64,000 bases of DNA from contig CAVUAO010000003.1 in NCBI GenBank assembly GCA_963739515.1, positions 393,891 through 457,890 of the forward strand, written 5' to 3'. Positions 1-9,932 of the stretch are shown here, piece after piece (positions within the stretch are counted from its first letter, which is position 1; each line of letters begins with the position of its first letter). Made by a program: the position numbers and the translations under genes. The DNA comes from an uncultured Chloroflexia bacterium (GTDB taxonomy: Bacteria > Chloroflexota > Dehalococcoidia > Dehalococcoidales > RBG-16-60-22). The notes beneath the pieces are model-generated. The model did no database searches. It saw only the letters and a list, made by a program, of their open reading frames with translations, and had not been told where the DNA came from.

Positions 1-815
1 TTTCCGGGCCGGCATGTTGCCAGGTCGACTCCCTTAAAAGGAACTCGACGGCGGCGACGCTCTGAAGCGAATGCTCGAAAACGTCCCAGACATGCATCGC
101 GGGCTGGACGACGCCGCGGGACGGCTCCAAGCTCCGGAACCAGCGCAGTGAGCAGTCCCAGCGCGTCCAGGTAAGCGAGCCGCGTTCCGGCGCCGGGCAA
201 AGCCAGCAGGCGTAAAAGCTCTTCCCTGACCCGCTCCCCGGGAACGTCCGCGATAAGTCCATGATGGCGGCGGATGAGCGATTCCGTAGCGCCATCGATA
301 GCGAAGTCGAGCTCTGCGGCGAGGCGCACCGCGCGCAGCAAACGGACGGCATCCGCCTCGAAGACCGCAGGACTGACGGCCTTGATGATGTGCCGCTGAA
401 GGTCGTCCCGACCGTGAAACGGGTCGATGAGATTTCCGATATCCAGGTTTTTATTAAGCTCCCAGGCCATGGCGTCGATAGTGAAGTCGCGCCGGGCTAA
501 ATCCTGGTCGATACTACCCTGCAGGGTGGTGAAGTCAATATGCCATTCCATCCCGGGCAGGACGACCCTCCCCACCCCGTTGGCCGCATCGAGCGTGACG
601 TATTTGCCACCGAGAGCGGCAGCCACCCCGGGGGCGGCAGCCAGGGCGTCGGCGTCCAGAGCGATATCGATATCATCGGTGTCACGCCCCAGCAGCGTAT
701 CCCGCACGAAACCGCCGACGAGATACGAAGCTATCCCTTCTTTAGTTAGGTAGCGGCTGATTCGGGTCAGTAGCCGGGAAGCGGCGGGCTTGACGACCGG
801 TCTCAAGTTTTCCAT
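1..815 (-). CDS. cca: CCA-adding enzyme / poly(A) polymerase-family tRNA nucleotidyltransferase; 3' end off-window; apparent 1-nt frame break near 127-131
   Basis: Minus-strand ORF from ATG 815 (not in the ORF track because it has no stop in the window). It reads MENLRPVVKPAASRLL..YLVGGFVRDTLLGRDTDDIDIALD, the GG-x-VRD and DxD nucleotidyltransferase motifs. After ..LLTALVPEL the conserved continuation EPSRGVVQPAMHVWDVFEHSLQSV is only read after skipping 1 nt. Confidence 0.8.
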   Translation of the reverse strand, partial: MENLRPVVKPAASRLLTRISRYLTKEGIASYLVGGFVRDTLLGRDTDDIDIALDADALAAAPGVAAALGGKYVTLDAANGVGRVVLPGMEWHIDFTTLQGSIDQDLARRDFTIDAMAWELNKNLDIGNLIDPFHGRDDLQRHIIKAVSPAVFEADAVRLLRAVRLAAELDFAIDGATESLIRRHHGLIADVPGERVREELLRLLALPGAGTRLAYLDALGLLTALVPELGAVPRRRPARDACLGRFRAFASERRRRRVPFKGVDLATCRPG

Positions 816-966
816 GGTTGCAAAGGGCATCTTTTTAACTATACTATCACGTATCGAATTTATCAAGTGGTTAGATTGGAATTTTTATCCGCACGAAGCT
901 AATTTTCCATACTCACCCCTTTGTCCCACTCTCAAACAGGACTAAATCAAGCTTTCGAGTTATGGT

Positions 967-2365
967 GTGTTTGAGAGGGGGATAAGCTCGTATAAAAGGT
1001 TAAATAAAATAGGTCAAAGTGCTATAATGCGTTCTATGGATAAAAAAGACCCTCGACCGGATATAGAGAAGCTTAAGAATGAGCCGTGGCGTTTCGGCAA
1101 AGACTTCCTCTGGGGCAGCGCGACCGCCGCCTACCAGGTGGAAGGCTATTGCACCAACAACAACTGGTATAGATTCGAGTCGGCCACGGATGAACGCGGC
1201 CGCCCCCGCATCTTAAATGCCCAGCGGGCCGGCGCCTGCTGCGACCACTGGAACCGCTACGGTGAGGACATCCAGCTCATGAAGGCGCTGTCCCTGAACG
1301 CCTACCGCTTTTCGGTAGAATGGAGCAAAATAGAGCCGGAACCGGGACAGTTCGATGAAGCGGCGTTAGACCATTATGAAAAGGTCGTTGACGAGCTGCG
1401 TAAAAACGGCCTCGAGCCGATGATTACCCTGCATCACTTTACCGACCCCATCTGGTTCGAGGCACAAGGGGCGTTTCTTCAGGAGAGTTCGCCGGAGACT
1501 TTCGCCCGTTTTGTGGAAAGAGTGGTGCGCCGTCTCGGGCCTAAAGTAAAGCTGTGGTGCACCATTAATGAGCCTTCGGTTTACGCCACTCAGGGGTACC
1601 TCAAGGGGCATTTCCCCCCGGCCATGAAAGACCCGGGGAAAGTCGGCATGGTCTTCCGCAACCTGTTCCGGGCGCATACCGCCGCCTACCAGGCGATTAA
1701 AAAGATAGTGCCGGCGGCGCAGGTGGGGCTGGTGGCGGCGATCGTCCATTACGAGCCGGCGCGCCGCTGGCACCTCCTGGATATCATGGCGGCCCGCGCT
1801 TTTAACCGGAGCCTGAACGAGTCGCACCTGACGTACCTCGTCGACGGCATTTTGAATTTCTCGATACCCGGCGCCAAAAAGGTCTTTTATGACAGCGGAG
1901 TAAGAGAGGCCTTCGACTTCGTCGGATTGAACTACTATACCCGGTTTTTCCAGAAATTTACTTTATCCGGCGATGAGCGTTACATCGAAGTTGCCAAGGC
2001 GCCACTGGAAAGACTCACGGACATAGCGCTGGGAGATTTACCCGGAAGGGCTTTACCGCGCGCTGAAAATGATATCCCGCCATACGTCAAAGCCCATTTA
2101 TATTACCGAGAACGGCCTGGCCGACGACAGTGATACCAAAAGGGCAGGCTTCATTGAAGACCATCTGCGCGTCCTGAACAGGGCGCTAGCCGACGGCATG
2201 AACGTTAAAGGCTACTTCTACTGGTCCTTGCTTGATAACTTCGAGTGGGCGTTCGGGTTCACCAAACGCTTCGGCCTGTACCAGGTCGATTTTGCTACCC
2301 AGCAGCGCACTCTAAGAGCCGGAAGCCGGAAATACCCGGAAATTATCCAGAAAAGTCGCGGCTAG
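967..2365 (+). pseudogene. GH1 family beta-glucosidase interrupted by a 1-nt insertion near 2024-2031
   Basis: ORF 967-2133 carries the FLWGSATAAYQVEG signature and the TINEP acid/base motif. ORF 2069-2365 carries the nucleophile motif YITENG. Reading ..TDIA and skipping 1 nt gives WEIYPEGLYRALKMISRHTSKPIYITENG. The likely true start is ATG 1027 or 1036. Confidence 0.85.
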
Positions 2366-3090
2366 AAATTCGGCACGGCCGGCGGCTGGTTCTTGTGCCG
2401 GCAGGCGGCTTTCATGAACTCTATCCGGCTTTTAATCGCCTCGGGGGCGGTACCGGTCTGGAGATAGCGGTCGAGCGTATCGTAAGTAAAGCCCATTTCG
2501 CCCTCGTCCGTCTGTCCCTGCCAGAGGCCGGCGGAGGGCGGTTTATCGATTATCTCGCGGGGGATTCCCAGATAAGCGGCCAGTTCCTTGACCTCTTTTT
2601 TCAGGAGGTTGCCCAGCGGCATGATATCTGCGCCGGCGTCCCCGAACTTGGTGCAGTAGCCGACGGCGATTTCACTGCGGTTGCCGGAACCAGCCACGAG
2701 GTAGTTCATTTCGTTGGCGACGTAATACAGGGTGACCATTCTCAGCCTGGGCTTGAGGTTGGCCTTGGCGAGACGGCCTATGTTCGGGTCCGGCTTAAAA
2801 TCGGGCAGGACATTGAGCAGGGCATCGTACACGGCGTTGAGGACCAGGGTTTTGGTCGGGACCTCAAACTGCCTGGCCACGGCCTCGGCATGTTCTTTAT
2901 CTTCATCGGGGCTGTAACAGGGCATGATGAGACCGAGCACATTCAGGGGGAAAGCCCGCTGGCAGAGGAGGGCCAGCAGCGAGGAATCGATACCCCCGCT
3001 CATTCCCAGTACCACCCCGCGGCGTCCGGCCGCCATGACTTTATCCTTTATCCAGTCTACCAGACCGCGGACCCGCTGCTCCTTATCCAT
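2362..3090 (-). CDS. nadE: NH3-dependent NAD+ synthetase
   Basis: 242 aa with the PP-loop motif GMSGGIDSS; length and overall pattern are typical of NadE. Confidence 0.85.
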   Translation of the reverse strand: MDKEQRVRGLVDWIKDKVMAAGRRGVVLGMSGGIDSSLLALLCQRAFPLNVLGLIMPCYSPDEDKEHAEAVARQFEVPTKTLVLNAVYDALLNVLPDFKPDPNIGRLAKANLKPRLRMVTLYYVANEMNYLVAGSGNRSEIAVGYCTKFGDAGADIMPLGNLLKKEVKELAAYLGIPREIIDKPPSAGLWQGQTDEGEMGFTYDTLDRYLQTGTAPEAIKSRIEFMKAACRHKNQPPAVPNF

Positions 3091-3160
3091 TCATTCTCCT
3101 TTGCAGTGTCTCTTTATCTAGTAGTATACTGGCAAAAAACCATCCCGTCAAAGGGGGGCA

Positions 3161-4693
3161 ATGGAAGCCGCCGATATTGTCCTGAAAAATGCCCGCGTGA
3201 TAACCATGGACGCCGTCAGACCGACCGCGGGGCTGGTGGCGGTCGCCGGTGATACCATAGCGTTTATCGGGGAAGATAAAGACCTGGAATCGGTCGCGGG
3301 GGCCGGCACCAGGGTCATCGATGGCGGGGGAAAGACGGTCCTGCCCGGCTTTAACGACGCCCATCTCCACCTTTTCTCCCTGGTACGAAAGTTGCTCAGC
3401 CTCGACCTGAGCCCGCCGGCAATACGCTCCATCGCCGATATTAAGGAAAAAATCCGGGAAAAAGCCAGAAATACCCCGCCCGGCACCTGGCTAAGCGGCA
3501 CGGACTATAATGAATTTTACCTGGCGGAGAAACGCTGCCCCACCCGCCGCGACATCGACGAAGTCGCCCCGGACCATCCGGTCGTCCTGAGCCACCGCTC
3601 GCTGCACGCCTGCGTGCTGAACAGTCTGGCGCTCTCTTTCGCCGGCATTACCCGCGATACAGAAGAACCTGCCGGCGCCCGCATCGAGCGCGACCTGGCG
3701 ACCGGCGAGCCGAACGGCATCCTCACCGGGATGCTGGGATATATAAGAAGTGAAGTTATGCCGCCGCTAACCGATGCAGAGTTGCATGAAGGCGTCGCCC
3801 TGGCCAACCGGCAATTCCTGTCGATGGGGATAACATCGGTGCAGGACGCCACCGTCAGTAACGGCCTCGACCGCTGGGAGACGGTCTGCGGTTTTATCCT
3901 GAACCGCCAGCTGCGGAGTCGGGTGACCCTCATGGCCGGCGCGCCGTACCGGAAGGACTTTCAAAAGGTAAATCTGACGACCGGTTCCGGAGACAACCTG
4001 ATGCGGCTGGGGGCGGTCAAAGTAATGCTGGAAGGGCGGCCAGACCAGGCGGAGGTTAACGACCTGGCGCTGGAGGTCCACCGCGCCGGTTTTCAAGTGG
4101 CTTTTCACGCCATCGCCGAAAACGACGTAAAAGCCGCTATCGAAGCGCTGGAATACGTCGATGGCCGTTCCCCGGTCAAAAGACGGCGCCACCGCATCGA
4201 ACACTGCGGCGAGTGTCCTCCACATCTTCTGGAACGACTAAAAAAGCTGGGCGCGGTGATCGTGACCCAGCCCCCGTTTATCTATGCCAGCGGCGAGCGC
4301 TACCTGGCGACGGTGCCGGAAAGCCAGTTGCCATGGCTCTACCGCATAAGGTCGCCGCTGGAAAGCGGTGTAGTCATCGCCGGCAGCTCAGACGCGCCGG
4401 TAGCGCCCCTTAACCCGCTGGTCGGCATTTACGCCGCCGTGACGCGCCGGGCGGAGTCCGGCCAGTTGCTTTTGCCCGAGGAAAGAATTTCGCCGGCAGA
4501 CGCATTAAAGCTTTATACGGTTAACGCCGCCTATGCGTCTTTTGAAGAGAACATCAAAGGGTCGCTGTCTCCCGGCAAGCTGGCGGACATGGTCGTTTTA
4601 AACGGCGACCCCACCAGAGTCCACCCGGAACAAATCAAAGACATTAAAGTGGCGATGACCATTATCGGCGGGGAGGTGGTGTGGGAGGCCTAG
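3161..4693 (+). CDS. Metal-dependent amidohydrolase (Amidohydro_3 / YtcJ-like)
   Basis: 510 aa. N-terminal ..PGFNDAHLHLF metal-binding HxH motif and C-terminal ..AGSSDAPV.. Asp motif, typical of this superfamily. Substrate unknown. Confidence 0.7.
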   Translation: MEAADIVLKNARVITMDAVRPTAGLVAVAGDTIAFIGEDKDLESVAGAGTRVIDGGGKTVLPGFNDAHLHLFSLVRKLLSLDLSPPAIRSIADIKEKIREKARNTPPGTWLSGTDYNEFYLAEKRCPTRRDIDEVAPDHPVVLSHRSLHACVLNSLALSFAGITRDTEEPAGARIERDLATGEPNGILTGMLGYIRSEVMPPLTDAELHEGVALANRQFLSMGITSVQDATVSNGLDRWETVCGFILNRQLRSRVTLMAGAPYRKDFQKVNLTTGSGDNLMRLGAVKVMLEGRPDQAEVNDLALEVHRAGFQVAFHAIAENDVKAAIEALEYVDGRSPVKRRRHRIEHCGECPPHLLERLKKLGAVIVTQPPFIYASGERYLATVPESQLPWLYRIRSPLESGVVIAGSSDAPVAPLNPLVGIYAAVTRRAESGQLLLPEERISPADALKLYTVNAAYASFEENIKGSLSPGKLADMVVLNGDPTRVHPEQIKDIKVAMTIIGGEVVWEA

Positions 4694-4707
4694 GCAGCAC
4701 CGTCGAT

Positions 4708-5484
4708 TTATCCCTTTTTCAATCCGTTGAGAAGCTCAGCCTGCAATTTTTTCAGGATATGCTGCGGCGGCTTGTCCAGCAGGCTGGTATAAAGTGGGGT
4801 CAGGGAGACATGGCCCTGCATGACGGCCTGGATATCCGTGCCTTCAGAGCCGGCTTCGGGAATTCTTTCCCGCACTAATTGATACAACTTTTGTTCACCC
4901 TCGGTATTTTCTTCGACCGTATTGATATGGCTGGCGCGGGCTAAACGGGTGATTTTAACGCCTTTTAATTTATCGAAGGGAAGGTCGGGGACGTTAACGT
5001 TAAGAAATATCCTCGCCGGGCCGCTGTCGATCATTTTTTTCGCCAGTATAGCCGTAACGCGGGCGGCCGTCGCGATACCGAAACGGCTCCCCGGCGGCGC
5101 GGAAACCGCCAGCGCGGGCAGGCCGCGGAAATAGCCCTGCATGGCGGCGCCCACCGTCCCGGAGATATAAACGTCTTCGCCCAGGTTCAGGTTGGGATTG
5201 ACCCCGGAAACCACCAGGTCCACGCCATCTTTGATGAGATTACCCAGGGCCAGAATAACGCAGTCGGACGGCGAGCCGTCGATGGCGTAAGCGGTCACGC
5301 CCGCCAGCGGCGCGTCGACCTCCGCCACGCGGAGCGGCCGGAACAAGGTGACCGCCGTGCCGATGGCGCTCCGTTCACGGTCGGGGGCGACCACGGTCAC
5401 CTCAGCTATTTTCTTGAGTTTGTCCACCAGCGCCCATAAGCTCTCGGCCTGGACGCCGTCATCGTTGGTGACGAGTATTTTCAC
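4708..5484 (-). CDS. surE: 5'/3'-nucleotidase SurE
   Basis: MKILVTNDDGVQAESLWAL.. is the canonical SurE N-terminus; 258 aa. Confidence 0.9.
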   Translation of the reverse strand: MKILVTNDDGVQAESLWALVDKLKKIAEVTVVAPDRERSAIGTAVTLFRPLRVAEVDAPLAGVTAYAIDGSPSDCVILALGNLIKDGVDLVVSGVNPNLNLGEDVYISGTVGAAMQGYFRGLPALAVSAPPGSRFGIATAARVTAILAKKMIDSGPARIFLNVNVPDLPFDKLKGVKITRLARASHINTVEENTEGEQKLYQLVRERIPEAGSEGTDIQAVMQGHVSLTPLYTSLLDKPPQHILKKLQAELLNGLKKG

Positions 5485-5588
5485 GCTAGTAGTGTATCAC
5501 GGCGCCGCATTTCGCGGCAAAGCCAACCGGGGGTAAGCAGAAATACTTATTTACGGCATACGTAATAATAATGTAATATTATATAGCC

Positions 5589-6401
5589 ATGTTGATTGTC
5601 ACCTGCGTGAAACAGGTCCCGGATACCACCCAGGTCAAGGTCGACCCCGTGACGGGCACGCTTATCCGCGAGGGCGTTCCCTTCATTATGAACCCCTATG
5701 ACACCCACGCCCTGGAGGAGAGCCTGCGACTCAAAGATAAATACGGCTTTCGCGTGGCCGTGATTTCCATGGGACCGCCCAACGCCGAGGTCACTTTGAG
5801 AAAGACGCTGGCCCTGGGCGCCGATGAAGCCATTTTGCTCTCCGACCGCGTGTTTGGCGGGGCGGACACTTTAGCCACGAGCATGGTCCTTACCGAAGCT
5901 GTTAAAAAATTGGCGCAAAACGAAGAGCTCGCCATCGTCATGTGCGGCCGCCAGACCATCGACGGCGATACCGCCCAGGTGGGACCCGGCATTGCCACCC
6001 GCCTCGGGTGCTCGCAGCTAACGCTGGTCGACCGCGTGGAAGAGGTCGACGTTAAAGCAAAAAAGGTCAGGGTGCGGCGCAAGCTGGAAGGCCGCCACGA
6101 AGTGGTGACGGCCCCGCTGCCGGCGATGATTGCCGTGCTGCGGGAAATCAATACCCCCCGCTACCCTAAAGTGCCCATGCGGCTGATGGCGGAAGACGCC
6201 CCCATCACCCTCTGGGATAACAAAGTCATGCAGATGAACGAAGCCACCATCGGCCTCAAGGGTTCCGCCACGCAGGTGCGCAAAATCTTCTCGCCGGAAA
6301 GGGCCAAAGGCGAGATTTTGACCAGGAACGGAGATAAACCCGAAGATACCGCTAAATTGTTAATAACCAAAATGATAGAAAAGGACCTGCTGTCCCTGTA
6401 A
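5589..6401 (+). CDS. etfB: Electron transfer flavoprotein beta subunit
   Basis: MLIVTCVKQVPDTTQVKVDPVTGTL.. is the canonical EtfB N-terminus; 270 aa; etfA follows 4 nt later. Confidence 0.9.
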   Translation: MLIVTCVKQVPDTTQVKVDPVTGTLIREGVPFIMNPYDTHALEESLRLKDKYGFRVAVISMGPPNAEVTLRKTLALGADEAILLSDRVFGGADTLATSMVLTEAVKKLAQNEELAIVMCGRQTIDGDTAQVGPGIATRLGCSQLTLVDRVEEVDVKAKKVRVRRKLEGRHEVVTAPLPAMIAVLREINTPRYPKVPMRLMAEDAPITLWDNKVMQMNEATIGLKGSATQVRKIFSPERAKGEILTRNGDKPEDTAKLLITKMIEKDLLSL

Positions 6402-6405
6402 GACT

Positions 6406-7746
6406 ATGGCAGAAGAAACGAAGAAACTTAAACGACCCCGCGGCACGCCCCGGCTTATCCCGGGCAAGTGCATCGCCTGCGGCGCCCGCTGTGAGACCGA
6501 ATGCCCTAAAGACTCCATCAAGATGAACGAAAAGGGCGAGCCGGTCATCGACCTGGAGAAGTGCACCCGCTGCCAGCGCTGCCTGAAAATCTGCCCCGTC
6601 CAGGCCATCGAGATTTATTACACGCCGGAAGAACAAAAAATCCTCGATGAGCTGGCGGCGCAGAAAGCCGCCGCAACTGCCGCCGCGCCGGAAGCCGAGG
6701 TCACCGACCCCCGGCTCATCAAGCTAAGGCAATACCACGGCGTGTGGGTCTTCACCGAGCACGCCGAGGGCAAACCGGCCGAGGTCTCCTGGGAGCTGCT
6801 GGGGGTGGGGGCGGAACTCGCTAAAGCCCGCAACGTCGAGCTCTGCTCGGTGGTCGTCGGGGAGAAGGTCGAACACCTTGTCCAGGAAGCTTTCGCCTAC
6901 GGGGCAACTAAAGTCTATCTCGTGGACGACCCCGTTTTTCACCACTACCGCACCGAGTCGTATTACAAAGCGCTGGTCTACTTGATTGAAAAATACAAGC
7001 CGGAGATAATGCTCATAGGCGCGACGGGGCTGGGCCGGGATTTAGCCGGAGCGGTCGCCACTAAACTACAGACAGGACTCACCGCCGACTGCACCGGACT
7101 ATCTATCGACGACAAGGGATTTCTTTTACAGACGCGTCCGGCGTTCGGCGGGAACATTATGGCGACCATCCTGACGGAATATACCCGTCCCCAGATGTCC
7201 ACGGTGCGGCCGCACGTGATGCCCATGCCGGCTAAAGATACCTCCCGCACCGGCACGATTATCCGGGAGAAGGTGCCCCTGAAAGAGGAGGAAATCGCCG
7301 CCAAAGTCCTGGAGATAATCGCCGACAAGAGCCTGGACAGCGTCGACGTGGCAGCGGCGGATATCATCGTTTCCGGCGGGCGCGGCATGTGCAATGCCGA
7401 GAACTACAAAATTCTGCAAGAGCTGGCGGATGAGCTCGGCGGAGTGGTTGCCTGCTCCCGCGCCGCCGTGGAAGCCGGCTGGATGCCCCTCGAAAGGCAG
7501 GTCGGCCAGACCGGCAAGACGGTCCGACCCAAGATTTATTTCGCCGTGGGCATCAGCGGCGCCATCCAGCACCTGGTCGGCATGCAGGAGTCGGACACGA
7601 TTATCGCCATCAACCGCGATAAGCAGGCGCCCATCTTCGAGGTCGCCACCTACGGCATCGTCGGCGACCTTTTCCAGGTGATACCGGCGATAACCACTTA
7701 CGTTAAAGAAAGGCGCGCCCAAAAGGCTGGAAAGGCGGCGATATAA
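6406..7746 (+). CDS. etfA: Electron transfer flavoprotein alpha subunit with N-terminal 2x[4Fe-4S] ferredoxin domain
   Basis: Cys motifs CIACGARCETECP and CTRCQRCLKICP are followed by an EtfA/FixB core ending ..[18 protein letters not shown].. Confidence 0.88.
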   Translation: MAEETKKLKRPRGTPRLIPGKCIACGARCETECPKDSIKMNEKGEPVIDLEKCTRCQRCLKICPVQAIEIYYTPEEQKILDELAAQKAAATAAAPEAEVTDPRLIKLRQYHGVWVFTEHAEGKPAEVSWELLGVGAELAKARNVELCSVVVGEKVEHLVQEAFAYGATKVYLVDDPVFHHYRTESYYKALVYLIEKYKPEIMLIGATGLGRDLAGAVATKLQTGLTADCTGLSIDDKGFLLQTRPAFGGNIMATILTEYTRPQMSTVRPHVMPMPAKDTSRTGTIIREKVPLKEEEIAAKVLEIIADKSLDSVDVAAADIIVSGGRGMCNAENYKILQELADELGGVVACSRAAVEAGWMPLERQVGQTGKTVRPKIYFAVGISGAIQHLVGMQESDTIIAINRDKQAPIFEVATYGIVGDLFQVIPAITTYVKERRAQKAGKAAI

Positions 7747-7750
7747 AGGA

Positions 7751-7865
7751 CAAAATCCCCCTGTGTCCCCCTTTACGAAAGGGGGAGCGATAGTACAGGG
7801 CGGTGGAAATAATGGGTAAGCCGACAGCTTCTCCCTTTGTAAAGGGAGATTGAGAGGGATTTTAT
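7751..7865. repeat. GC-rich hairpin repeat, module 3, two copies in inverted orientation
   Basis: The forward copy AAAATCCCCCTGTGTCCCCCTTTACGAAAGGGGGAGCG lies at 7752-7788. The reverse complement of 7828-7865 reads TAAAATCCCTCTCAATCTCCCTTTACAAAGGGAGAAG. The outer ends therefore form an ~11-bp terminal inverted repeat. Confidence 0.8.
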
Positions 7866-7871
7866 AACAAT

Positions 7872-9837
7872 ATGACGGCAACCGTAACGGCGTTTATTAT
7901 CATGCTCGTCCTGGCGATAGCTTTCTTTGCCTTTAGCTGCTACCGGCGCTTCGGGCTGATATTAAAAGGCAAGCCGGAAAACCGCTTTAATGCCTTTTTC
8001 AAACGCTTCTGGAACATGCTCTATTACGCCTTCGGGCAGCGGCGCGTGGTGAAAAAGCCCTTCGGTATCAACCACTTCGTGCTCTTCTGGGCTTTCATGA
8101 TACTATTGATCTCCAACACGGAATTTTTGTTGAGTGGACTGGCGCCCGGCGCCATCAGCTTCGCGCGCCTGCCGGACGGCGCCTACTTTACCCTCGTTTA
8201 TATCTTCGACATCATGTCCGTCCTGGCGCTGCTCGCGGTGATTTTAGCGATGATCCGCCGCCTGACTTTCCCGCCCCCCTACACCGAGGCCAGGAGCCGC
8301 GACGCATTCATTATTCTCGGGCTGGTCGGCGGGTTGATGATTGCCTACTTCGGCCTGCACGCCAGCGAAATCGCCGCGGGGACGGAAAGGGCGGCGGCCT
8401 ATATGCCCATCTCGAATTTCGGCGCTTCGCTGATTCCTGACGGGGCGGGGGGACTGGATACCGCGGCCAGGGTCTTCTGGTGGCTCCACGCCATTATTTT
8501 GGTTTCGTTCTTAAATTACCTGCCCTACAGCAAGCACATGCACATCATGACATCCATTCCCAACTGCTTTTTCAAGAGCCTGGAAAAGGTGCGGACGCAA
8601 CCGCGCGAGGAATTTAAAAAGGGCAACGTTTTCGGGGTGGGGGAAGTCGAGGACTTTACTTGGAAGGGGCTGTTCGATTCTTACGCCTGCACCGAATGCG
8701 GGCGCTGCTCGGATAACTGCCCGGCCAAGCTGACGGATAAGACTTTGCATCCCCGGCTCGTCATTCACGACATCAAAACGAACCTGCTGAAAAACGCCAA
8801 TAAAGACGGGCATCCGGAGCTGCCGCTCATCGGCGACCGGGGGGAGGGGAGCGTTAAAGAAATAGCCATCTGGGAGTGCACCACCTGCGGCGCCTGCATG
8901 GAGGTCTGCCCCGTCTTTATCGAGCACGTGCCCCGCCTCGTCGATATGCGCCGCCACCTCGTCGAAACCCGGTCGAAGTTCCCCGAAGAGCTCCGGGTGT
9001 TTTTCGAGAACATGGAGTCACGCAGTAATCCCTGGGGCATCGCCCCCGCCGAGCGTACCAAGTGGGCGGCGGATATCACCGTCAAGCCCTTCGAAGACCG
9101 GCAAGACGGAGTACCTGTTCTACGTCGGCTGCGCGGGGTCGTTCGATGCGCGCAATCGCAACACCACGCTGTCCCTGGCAAAAATCCTGGACAAGAGCGG
9201 GGTCTCCTGGGGCACGCTGGGACGGGAGGAACTGTGCTGCGGCGAGAGCCTGCGGCGCCTCGGCAACGAGTACATCTTTGACCGCATGGCTAAAGCCAAT
9301 ATCAAGCTGTACGCCGACAAGGGCGTGAAAAAGATCATTACCCAGTGCCCGCACTGCTACAGCGTTTTAAAGAACGATTATAAGCAATATGGCGCCGAAT
9401 TCGAGGTCTTCCACCATACGGAGTTTATCCAGAGCCTCATTCAAGAGGGCAGGTTGAAGCTCAACACCGCGTCCGGTCTCGGCAACGTGGTCTTTCACGA
9501 TTCCTGCTACCTCGGGCGGTATAACTCTATTTATGACGCCCCCCGCCGGGTCGTGGCCGCCGCCACCGGCAAAGCGCCGACGGAAATGGAGCGCCGCCGC
9601 GATAAGGGTTTCTGCTGCGGGGCGGGCGGCGGCCGAATGTGGATGGAGGAAAAGGAGGGGAAGCTCATCAACGTGGCGCGGGTGGAACAGGCCCTGGAGA
9701 AAAAGCCGGACACCATCTGCGTCTGCTGCCCCTACTGCATGACCATGTTCGACGATGGCTTAAAGGATAAAGAGGCCGCCGACAAGGTGCAGGTGCTGGA
9801 CCTGGCGGAAATCGTGGCGAGAGCGCTGGCAGACTAA
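7872..9837 (+). pseudogene. Membrane-bound Fe-S oxidoreductase (HdrD/DsrK/GlpC-like, CCG domains), Etf-associated; 1-nt insertion near 9097-9100
   Basis: The N-terminal ~230 aa are hydrophobic helices. Two CxxCxxCxxxCP clusters follow (CTECGRCSDNCP, CTTCGACMEVCP), then CCG-type motifs (ELCCGE, CPHC, FCCGAGGG, CCPYC). Track ORFs 7872-9281 and 9286-9837 join as ..KPFED|GKTEYLFYVGCAGSFDARNRN.. when one C is removed. Confidence 0.8.
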
Positions 9838-9841
9838 AGAA

Positions 9842-9867
9842 ACCTCACCCCCCTTAATCCCCCCTCC
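9842..9867. repeat. Fragment of GC-rich repeat tail (reverse of GGGGGATTAAGGGGGTGAGGT)
   Basis: ACCTCACCCCCCTTAATCCCCCCTCC matches the tail motif seen at 12437-12447, 39472-39484, 52606-52630 and 56601-56620. Confidence 0.6.
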
Positions 9868-9932
9868 TTTTTTCCCCTTACCTTGAGCTATCCCCTTTCA
9901 TGCTCTATACTTTAGCCAGAGGAACATTATAA

